From an uncultured delta proteobacterium (GTDB lineage: Bacteria; Desulfobacterota; Desulfobacteria; Desulfobacterales; QNYZ01), in assembly GCA_963783425.1 (NCBI GenBank), contig CAWANO010000001.1:3375-67374 (forward strand): a DNA stretch of 64,000 nucleotides, in the 5' to 3' direction. Numbering within the stretch: the first letter of the stretch is position 1; each line of letters begins with the position of its first letter. Positions 26,721 to 34,402 of the stretch are shown here, in pieces. The notes under the pieces are model-generated. The model had not been told where the DNA came from. It searched no databases and was given only the letters and a program-made list of their open reading frames with translations. The translations under genes and the position numbers were made by a program.

Positions 26721-26972
26721 ATGATGCGTAATATGAAGGTCATTGAGTTTCCACTGGAACGACAAAATACAAATCAACACCGCTTGGTCAACCTCAATAA
26801 AATCACCCAAATGTATGTAGGCAACGGTGTAGATGAGGCGGAGGGGTGGGTCCGGTGGCACAGAAATATTCTCGGCGAGTTCCCCGACCTTGCCCCACAT
26901 GATGCGGTGATATTGAAGCGACTGGAGAATATGTATAAGCGAACCCAGGAGATTTTGAGCCATGACGATTAA
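26721..26972 (+). CDS. Hypothetical small protein (83 aa)
   Basis: ORF with start MMRNMKV; no recognisable domain. Confidence 0.35.
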   Translation: MMRNMKVIEFPLERQNTNQHRLVNLNKITQMYVGNGVDEAEGWVRWHRNILGEFPDLAPHDAVILKRLENMYKRTQEILSHDD

Positions 26973-27221
26973 TCCGGCCCCAGAGGACACGCATACGGCA
27001 AGCCGTGGTGTCAATTTGAGGTCATGGGTGCTCCTTGCACAGGAGATTTCAGCCAGCACACATGACTGTCCACGGTAATTTTTTACATGCCTCAACTATT
27101 TGATTTATTATGAGATATAGACGAGGTGAAAAACTCCATGAAAAAAATGTTAATAACTTTAGGCCTCTTTTCTTATAATAGATATAGCAGACGACAATTT
27201 TTGGACAAAATAAATCACCTT

Positions 27222-27293
27222 AGGGGAGGGGCAACCGTTGCGCACGGTGCGGCAAACCTGCTTCTATCCCAGCCGAGCCGCTGCCCCTCCCCT
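27222..27293 (+). promoter_or_regulatory. 12-bp perfect inverted repeat (long hairpin) in the leader of the Rep-like gene
   Basis: AGGGGAGGGGCA (27222-27233) and TGCCCCTCCCCT (27282-27293) enclose 48 nt that contain a nested ACCGT-tgcgc-ACGGT hairpin. The repeat ends 34 nt before the ATG at 27328. Confidence 0.5.
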
Positions 27294-27327
27294 TTTCTAC
27301 TTTTAATGGCTGGAAGAAGGATAGAAA

Positions 27328-28602
27328 ATGTCACTCCAAGACGAAACCTCGCCTGGTATTCACGATCAGAGCTTTGATCTTACAGCACCACCTAAAATTG
27401 ATCCCGACAAACCTAAACGTAGAAAACGAAGACGCCTAAGTGTTGGGGCGGAAAAAGCCAGAGCACAGGAAAGGGCCGAGCAGAAACACGAAATGCAGCA
27501 GAAGAAAAGGCGAGAGATCACATCAAAAAGCATCACAAAAAATTGGAGTGAGATCGAACAAATCAAAGAGGATTTCCTTTTAGATGACCACGATCACCCA
27601 ATGGAAGATTTTTTAGCAAACGAAATCGTTAATTTACGAAGTTCCGTAAAAAAGGCTGCGACCAAATCCCGCAAGCAATCCCTCAAAGACCGTGACGCCA
27701 TTCATCCGACATTTTATGACGGCCATAATAGGATCATCACTGATGTGAACAGTGTGGAAAATCAAGTTTACAGCGCAACCCTACAGGTCTGTGTCTACAA
27801 CGCTATAAAAAATAGAAATAATTTTCATCGGAAATATGATTACCTCTGGGACACTAATGGGCCGATGCTGGCAGAGTTCATGGGCTGGACACGCATACAC
27901 AAGGCCAGACGAGCTATCAACTTCTTAGTCAACATCGGGGCGTGGGTAGATACAGGAAAACGCAAGGGGGAGACGGGTGAAACTATCACTTATAGAATTG
28001 GTGAACGTAAGAAGTTCGGCTTTACTACTGAAACCGGCCCAATGCATCGATGGGCAGATTACTTCTATTATCGAATCAGAAATTATGGACCGATATTTGA
28101 ATACTATCGAAGGATAGTCGGAACCGCAAAGCTGATCTATGAATATCTGTACAAGACCGACCCTGACAGAGATTATCATCATTGGGTGGAGGAATGCGCA
28201 AATATTTTTTATAGAAAATTTGACTTTGATGACAGGTTACTTGATCGAGACAGAAATTATGTAACACGGCTGATTCTTAGGTTTCTCGCAGAGCTATGCC
28301 AAGACAACTATCGCAAGAAAAACCCTGACCAGATTTTTATACTGGAACGACCTGAAGTTACTTTGGCAGATATGGAAGATATCGCTTTCACTTTAAACCG
28401 GAACTACTCGACAAATTTAAAAGTCGGCTGGGACGGCAACAGCTACAGCTCCAGAGGTTTCAAAAAGGCTGATTATCGGCGGGACTTAATTGGTGCTATT
28501 GCAGACTTAAATGAACCAATTGATAAAACACTTTTTACAAGTGGGCAGTTGTGGTGCCTGTATATGCTTGAATTTATATGTGGAAAGCGTCTACTTTCAT
28601 GA
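27328..28602 (+). CDS. Putative replication initiator (Rep-like, 424 aa)
   Basis: Basic N-terminus and a winged-helix-like segment LAEFMGWTRIHKARRAINFLV. Iterons start 38 nt after the stop. Function is inferred from context, not from a recognised motif. Confidence 0.45.
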   Translation: MSLQDETSPGIHDQSFDLTAPPKIDPDKPKRRKRRRLSVGAEKARAQERAEQKHEMQQKKRREITSKSITKNWSEIEQIKEDFLLDDHDHPMEDFLANEIVNLRSSVKKAATKSRKQSLKDRDAIHPTFYDGHNRIITDVNSVENQVYSATLQVCVYNAIKNRNNFHRKYDYLWDTNGPMLAEFMGWTRIHKARRAINFLVNIGAWVDTGKRKGETGETITYRIGERKKFGFTTETGPMHRWADYFYYRIRNYGPIFEYYRRIVGTAKLIYEYLYKTDPDRDYHHWVEECANIFYRKFDFDDRLLDRDRNYVTRLILRFLAELCQDNYRKKNPDQIFILERPEVTLADMEDIAFTLNRNYSTNLKVGWDGNSYSSRGFKKADYRRDLIGAIADLNEPIDKTLFTSGQLWCLYMLEFICGKRLLS

Positions 28603-28639
28603 AAAATAGTGCTTGGAGGATATGTGATATTTTGCCGTA

Positions 28640-28728
28640 GAAAAGTTACGTTTTTCGTAAGTCTTTAATTTTGAAAAGTTACGTTTTTCGTAAGTCTTCT
28701 CGGAAAAGTTACGTTTTTCGTAAGTCTT
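28640..28728 (+). repeat. Three 26-bp direct repeats (iterons) GAAAAGTTACGTTTTTCGTAAGTCTT
   Basis: Exact copies at 28640-28665, 28673-28698 and 28703-28728 (33- and 30-bp spacing). Each contains TTACG-N5-CGTAA. AT-rich DNA follows. Confidence 0.85.
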
Positions 28729-28989
28729 TAATTTGTCCAAAAAGGCAGTTATCTAATATTATAACAATATTTTAGCTAATTTGGATAATGTTTATGCGAC
28801 CAAAACATGTATGTAACTGCTTAATAAATAGTACCCTATACAGCGGGTACTGCGCCCTCTGGGCTCGTGAGCAGGCATGGTCCAAGTATGCTTACGCATC
28901 CTTTCCACAAGATGCCTTGCTACACTACGCCCATGGAGCGTTATGAAAAAATGGATATAGTTGTCTACCAAAAACTGGAGAAGAAGATA

Positions 28990-29058
28990 AACATGCTTCC
29001 AGATAAAAAAGTAGAACATCTTCCACTTAAAAAGGATAGAACATGCTTCCAGATAAAA
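28990..29058 (+). repeat. Second set of direct repeats AACATGCTTCCAGATAAAA (two exact copies plus a degenerate middle copy)
   Basis: Exact copies at 28990-29008 and 29040-29058. GAACATCTTCCAC at 29014-29026 gives a period of about 25 bp, upstream of the 29161 gene. Confidence 0.7.
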
Positions 29059-29160
29059 TCAGGTATCCGTCCAGTTATAGATTTAATGCATACTAAATAA
29101 GTATAGATAAAATGCATAGAGAAGATAGAAATTATCAATGCCATAAAAGAGAGGTGAACC

Positions 29161-29892
29161 ATGACAATGGTATGTAAGGTCTGCAGTCATCCAGAAAGGC
29201 TGCTTATTGACAGGGCTTTAGCGGGTGGAGGCAATGTTTCAAAGATAGCTAAGAAGTACAGCGTATCTCACGGCAGCCTTTACCATCACCGCAAAAATCA
29301 ACTGACCCGACAGATGATTAAGCATACTGAACTGCGCGAGATTGTAAGTGGAGAACACCTGATAGGAGTGGTGACAGATCTGCTTTCGGCCAGTCAGGAT
29401 ATCCTCAACAAAACGAAAGATAATCCCAAAAAATATGGTGTTGCGTTAAAGGCGATTGCCGAGTCCAGACAAACTGTTTCTCTTTTATGGGAAACGGCAT
29501 TTAGGTTGCAGGAATATCGTGCCGAAGATCACATCGAGGGCGAATATGAGAAGCAGTGGAAAAAGTTTTTGGACGATGTGGCACAACTGCCGGTCGAAGA
29601 TATCGAGACGATACGATCGCTTCATGAGAAGGCTATAATGTTGCGGAGGCAGAAATCGGATCAAGGCAGGCGCACAGATCTTGAGCGTAAAAAGTCTGGC
29701 CCCAAAAAGGGTTGGAATCATCCACAGTCGTATAGAACCACGATTGAATTGAAGCAGCGAAAGCGCCGCAGACGAAAGCCCGCCCCTGTTAAAGTCAATG
29801 AATTTGATGAAATGCGTGATCATTTAGGCATGGATAACAATCCAAAGCCAAAGCGCAAGCGGACAGGCTGGGCAGGGGCAACGCTGTTTTAA
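29161..29892 (+). CDS. Zn-ribbon/HTH DNA-binding protein with a highly basic C-terminus
   Basis: CKVCSHPER...IDRAL..GGNVSKIAKKYSVSHGSLYHH pattern (CxxC + HTH). KR-rich tail. Resembles phage/plasmid small DNA-binding proteins. Confidence 0.5.
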   Translation: MTMVCKVCSHPERLLIDRALAGGGNVSKIAKKYSVSHGSLYHHRKNQLTRQMIKHTELREIVSGEHLIGVVTDLLSASQDILNKTKDNPKKYGVALKAIAESRQTVSLLWETAFRLQEYRAEDHIEGEYEKQWKKFLDDVAQLPVEDIETIRSLHEKAIMLRRQKSDQGRRTDLERKKSGPKKGWNHPQSYRTTIELKQRKRRRRKPAPVKVNEFDEMRDHLGMDNNPKPKRKRTGWAGATLF

Positions 29893-29960
29893 AGCTTGAC
29901 ATATTATGCAAATGTTCGTAAAAATATAATAAATATTAAGCTTTATTTATAGGATCAATA

Positions 29961-30644
29961 ATGAAAACAATTGCTTATCTTAGGGTCAGCACAGACAAAC
30001 AGGATCTGGACAACCAGAAGCTTGAAATTGAAAAATATGCACGGTCCAGAAATCTTGTCATTGATCAATGGATTCAGGTCACAATATCCAGCCGCAAAAA
30101 TGGTCAAGATCGTCGCATTGATGAACTATTATCAAAGCTGAAGCGTGGTGACTGTTTGATTGTCAGCGAGATCAGCCGTCTTGCACGTTCTATCAGAGAA
30201 ATTCATCAGATCATGCACCGGCTTTCCAAGAAAAAGATTGAATGCCACTTTATCAAACAAAACCTCATCACCCATGGCGATAACGATATGGCGACCAAGA
30301 TTTATTTAAACGCCTTTGCGCTTGCCAGTGAGATCGAACGTGACCTTATCAGTCAACGTACTAAGAACGGTTTAGCGCTTGCTAAGAAGCGTGGAAAGAA
30401 GCTTGGCAACCCCAACCTGCCAAAGATCAATAAACGCACTAAAGAAGCCGCTGACAAGTATGCTGACACACTGCGAGCGATACTGACCGGCTTTGTCGAC
30501 CAGGGTCTGACCTATCAGCAGATGGCCGATGCCCTTAGAGATGCAGGCGTTAAGACGCGCAGGGGCAGTACCCAATGGTCCACGGGCAGTGTGCAGGGAT
30601 TGTTGAAGCGGCTGGACCTTAGAACCAAAAGGGCGAGGAGATAA
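29961..30644 (+). CDS. Serine recombinase (resolvase/invertase catalytic domain + C-terminal DNA-binding region)
   Basis: AYLRVSTDKQ catalytic-serine motif, SEISRLARS, ERDLISQRTK. C-terminal ...LTYQQMADALRDAGVKTRRGSTQWSTGSVQGLL. Confidence 0.9.
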   Translation: MKTIAYLRVSTDKQDLDNQKLEIEKYARSRNLVIDQWIQVTISSRKNGQDRRIDELLSKLKRGDCLIVSEISRLARSIREIHQIMHRLSKKKIECHFIKQNLITHGDNDMATKIYLNAFALASEIERDLISQRTKNGLALAKKRGKKLGNPNLPKINKRTKEAADKYADTLRAILTGFVDQGLTYQQMADALRDAGVKTRRGSTQWSTGSVQGLLKRLDLRTKRARR

Positions 30645-30662
30645 GAATTGAGGAGACGGTAA

Positions 30663-32045
30663 ATGAGAGGGTTCTTCTCCGATTTAGTTGGAGAAGAACC
30701 AAACGAAGATAAGAAGTCAGGTCGGTTTGTCCGCACAAAGAAGAAGAAACCTATCAATGAACACATCATTTTTAAGGCCCCTGCCCTGATTACAAAGACC
30801 ACTTGGGATCAAATTCAGGCTCAGACTGAGGCCAACAAGGTCAAGGGCACGCATACGACGAAGGAGACGGAGACGTTATGGCTCAGGGACATGCTGACTT
30901 GTGGTGAATGTGGCGGAAAGCTTGTGCCTAAATATGGTGCTTATCGCAAGGATGGCACACGCCCAAAGTATTATTGTTGTCATTGGCGGGGGGCATCGCA
31001 AAAGGTTTTAAGAAGTGTTGGCCGGTTAGAAAGATGCGCCCTGCCATTGATCAGGGCAAACGAGATTGAGACGCGTGTTTGGCAAGCTTTGCTTGATCCA
31101 ATTCGTCTCCTGATGAACCCTGAAAGGGTCAAGCCATTGATTGACAAAAAAGACGTCACAACAAAGCTGGCCCAATATGATGATAGCATAAAGTCGTTTC
31201 AGGCCGATTTGAGGGGCGTCAAATTGGGCGTCAAGCGGATTATGGCAATGTTGCAGAAACCAGATGCGCCTGAGCTGGCCGCTGACCTATTGCTAAAGCA
31301 GCTAAACGATCTGGAAACCAAAAGGGTCACAATTGAGGCGCGGATTGATGATGTGAAACAGCAAAAAGCTGATTTATATGATGCTGTTGAAAACAACAAG
31401 GCCTACCAACAATTTATTCAAGGCCACAAAAAACAGTTGAAGAGCTTAATCCATGAAATAATCAGACTGAAACCTGAGCATAAAAAGCGTCTAGTCGAGG
31501 GATCGTTTAACGACAAAATCAAGGTGGTGATCAATCAGGATTATATGAGGGTTGCTGATCCAAAGAACCCGAAGAGCTTTGCTGAATATGAAACGGTTGC
31601 AGAGGGCAAGTGGCTTTTAGAGTGGCCCGAAGCATCGTTTAGCGGCCATCTTAATATTGCCGTTTTAAAGCGGTTTTTGGACGAGGGCGTGATAGGTAAA
31701 CCAATGAAAATAAAGGGCGGATCAGCTATTAAATCAGATCAAAACACTACGCTCTTACAAGTCTCACATGGCCATCTTCTGGTCCAATCTCTCCAGACTC
31801 AACGGTCCGCTTATCATCTTGTATATTTCGATGTTCTTCCTGTCGGGACCCGTGTCGAGAGGCACCTATTTCACCTTTTACTCGAGCGGCTGTTTTTTCG
31901 TTGTGGCGATCTTGTCCATCGTTCCCATTCCATTCATGGGAAAGTTCTGGTTTTATTTCTTCAACCTGCTGTTCAATTGACCGTGATCTATTTTTTCGTT
32001 GCCAGCGTGGTTTACTGGATTCGCGCCGGGGCGCAATTGGGTTAA
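30663..32045 (+). pseudogene. C-terminal portion of a large serine recombinase (end of recombinase domain, zinc ribbon, coiled coil), no catalytic domain
   Basis: ...HIIFKAPALITKTTWDQIQ..., LTCGECGGKL...YYCC zinc ribbon, long coiled coil. Same reading frame as 29961..30644, separated by two TAA codons. The tail after about 31770 looks non-proteinaceous. Confidence 0.6.
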
Positions 32046-32135
32046 CCCTTGAAGATTCCGCTTTTACGATTACAATAGGGATCGATTGTTTCGTTTCTTT
32101 AAATCCCGCAACGATATTGCCAATAAAGAGTTCAC

Positions 32136-32771
32136 ATGCAAACTGAACCGAATCTGCTGGAAATTTTCTCCGACTACATCTGACCCTGGTGCTACTTCAT
32201 TGCCGGGCGCATTGACAAGATTGAAGCGAGATTTGAGAATTTGACGATCCAGTGGGTGGCGTTTCCCCTGCACCCGGAAACGCCCCGAGCGGGCCGTTCC
32301 CTGGCGGACCTTTTCGCCGGCCAGCCCGTCAATATCGACGATATGCTGGCGCAATTACGGGGTGTGGCTCTGGCCGAAGGGTTGCCCTTTGGTGACCGGA
32401 CCATGACCTACAACAGCCGTTTGGCCCAGGAGTTGGGGAAATGGGCCGAAACCCTGGGGCGGGGCCATGCCTACCACTGGGCGGCCTTTAAAGCCTATTT
32501 TGCCGACGGTAAAAATATCGCCCGAAACGACGTGCTGCTGGAGATCGCCGAAACCGTTGGGTTGGACCCTCGACAGGCCCAATCGGTCATCGAAGCGAGA
32601 ACCCAGCGCGAGGCCGTGGACCGAGATTGGCAACGCTCCATGGAGCTGGGTGTTCGCGCTGTACCCACGTTACGAATGGGGGGTGAGATGCTGGTAGGTG
32701 CGCAGCCCTATGCGGCCATCGAGCAGTTGGTTGAAAGACATCTCAAGGGTGGCTACGACGCTGCCTTTTAA
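32136..32771 (+). CDS. DsbA/FrnE-like thiol-disulfide oxidoreductase, selenoprotein (UPWC redox motif; UGA at 32181-32183)
   Basis: ATG at 32136 gives MQTEPNLLEIFSDYI-U-PWCYFIAGRI..., in frame with ORF 32241..32771. The UGA sits where the first Cys of the family's SDxxCPWC motif would be. Confidence 0.75.
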
Positions 32772-32844
32772 GGCGCAGTGATTGCCCTGAAGCCTTTCAT
32801 AAAAACGCGACCCACCTGATATACTTTCAATAAGGCCTCTTTGC

Positions 32845-33306
32845 TTGTCCACTCGCGCCATATCGCTTCTAAAGAAAAGAAAAATCGCCTTCGAGGTGGT
32901 GCGCTACGATCATCTTGAAAAAGGGGCCGTGTTTGCCGCCCAGGCAATCGGTTTCGAGCTGGATAGAACCATCAAGACCCTGGTGGTAACGACGGAATCA
33001 GGGTCGTTTGCCTTGGCGCTGGTACCGGGCAGCGGCCAGTTGTCCCTCAAGCGCATGGCGCGGGCCATGGGGGTAAAGCAGGTTGCCATGGTAGACACGC
33101 CCGAGGCCGAACGCCAAAGCGGATACAAAGTCGGCGGCATCAGCCCCTTTGCCACCCTGCGGCGGATGCCGGTGGTGATGGATACCGAATTGCTTTGTTA
33201 TGACCGGGTGGCCATCAATGCCGGGCAGCGTGGGGTGATGTTGGTTATGGCGCCGGGGGATATTCAACAGGCGCTGGGAGCTGCAAAAGCATCGCTCACG
33301 GCTTGA
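32845..33306 (+). CDS. ybaK: Cys-tRNA(Pro)/aminoacyl-tRNA deacylase YbaK/EbsC family (TTG start)
   Basis: ...SGYKVGGISPF...INAGQRG... motifs; intact 153-aa frame. Confidence 0.8.
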   Translation: MSTRAISLLKKRKIAFEVVRYDHLEKGAVFAAQAIGFELDRTIKTLVVTTESGSFALALVPGSGQLSLKRMARAMGVKQVAMVDTPEAERQSGYKVGGISPFATLRRMPVVMDTELLCYDRVAINAGQRGVMLVMAPGDIQQALGAAKASLTA

Positions 33307-33386
33307 CTCTTATCTTGGGTGTTTCCATTCATCGATTGCGACGTCTGGTCCTGGAAATCCAAAGGTGAGCGTTACTTTCACTTCTA

Positions 33387-33647
33387 TCAGGCATTGTCCA
33401 CGGAAGAGGACTTATCCACACCGCGTAGCAGTCCGCTTTCGCCGGCGATCCAGACTAGCAGGCGCCCGATGGGGCTGAGTTGTTCCCGCAATTTCATCCC
33501 CTGAGTTACCAGACCGGGTTCGTCGGTGATAATGCCATCTACGCCGAGGATCATCATAACCGACATCTGAGCTTGCACCACATCCACCACTTTCGATTCC
33601 AAGTTGCGGTCGTGCCCGTAAGAGTTGAGTTCGACAACCACCCCCAA
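33387..33647 (-). pseudogene. Glycerophosphodiester phosphodiesterase 3' remnant (internally deleted)
   Basis: Matches the C-terminal part of the 41373..42002 ORF (...GVDGIITDEPGLVTQ.MKLRE.LSPIGRLLVWIAGESGLLRG) but lacks the catalytic N-terminal region. Confidence 0.8.
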
Positions 33648-33667
33648 CTTACCCCTTACCAGTCCTA

Positions 33668-34363
33668 TTGCCTCCCAGCTGGATTCTCAAGGTGCAGATC
33701 ATGCGATTTAAAGAGGCTGAAACCTACCGCTTCAACCCCTTTGACCTCACCAAGGTGTGGCCCCACGGCGACTACCCGCTGCAGGAAGTGGGCCGCTTGA
33801 CCCTGGATCGCAACCCCACCGATTTCCACACCGAGATCGAGCAGGCGGCCTTCGAGCCCAAAAATCTCGTCCCCGGAATCGGCCCCAGCCCGGACAATAT
33901 GCTGCTGGCCCGCCTGGTTTCCTACGCCGACGCCCACCGTGCCCGTCTGGGGGTCAACTACAAGCAGATCCCCGTCAATCGACCGAAATGCCCCGTCCAC
34001 AGCTACAGCAAGGGCGGTGCCATGCGGATTGAAAATGTGCGCGATCCGGTTTACGCCCCCAATTTAAAAGGCGGCCCACGGGCTGATGCCGAACGCTACC
34101 CCGAAGTGGCGGTCTGGGGCGCCAGCGGTGAATTTATTCGCGCCGCCTACACCCTGAGCGAAAATGACGATGACCGGGGCCAACCCGGCACCCTGGTGCG
34201 CAAGGTGATGGACGATGCCCAGCGCGATCGGCTAGTCTCAAACGTGGTGGGGCATCTTAAAAAAGGCGTATCCGATCCGGTACTGGAACGCGCGTTCGAG
34301 TACTGGCGCAATATCGACGAACAGATCGGAGATCGTATCGGCAAGGGCGTCAAAGGAAAGTAA
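33668..34363 (+). pseudogene. Monofunctional catalase, C-terminal ~225 aa only
   Basis: ...SWILKVQIM...FNPFDLTKVWPHGDYPL...RNP..F..EIEQAAF.P...VPGI..SPD. The haem-binding N-terminal half is absent. Confidence 0.8.
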
Positions 34364-34402
34364 TCCAGTAGCCAAGCTGGATTTATGATACCCGCTTTAA
34401 AG

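Larger units (their letters stand above)
21400..32100. mobile_element. AT-richer accessory island (integrated plasmid-like or integrative element); boundaries approximate
   Basis: Visible drop in GC (not computed). Cargo: IS110, XRE regulator, Rep-like gene + iterons + AT-rich stretch, serine recombinases at the right edge. Flanked by housekeeping genes. Confidence 0.55.
32826..33655. repeat. Segmental duplicate A (ybaK + 3' remnant of glycerophosphodiesterase gene)
   Basis: Colinear with 40806-41878, apart from an ~240-bp internal deletion (after 33570) and a divergent patch inside ybaK. Confidence 0.85.

Noticed and set aside
27126-27377. ORF 27126..27377 (83 aa) overlapping the rep leader and the rep start.
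   Set aside because: It runs through the 12-bp inverted repeat and into the Rep-like gene in another frame. Its composition is atypical, so it is likely spurious.
28640-28728. Whether the three 26-bp repeats are a mini CRISPR array.
   Set aside because: The spacers are only 4-7 bp and there are only three units. No cas genes are present, and the position directly after a Rep-like gene with flanking AT-rich DNA fits iterons.
21330-32135. Search for att-type direct repeats or a tRNA gene at the island boundaries.
   Set aside because: I found no convincing repeat of 10 nt or more shared by 21330-21460 and 32040-32135, and no tRNA-like cloverleaf. The boundaries are therefore left approximate.
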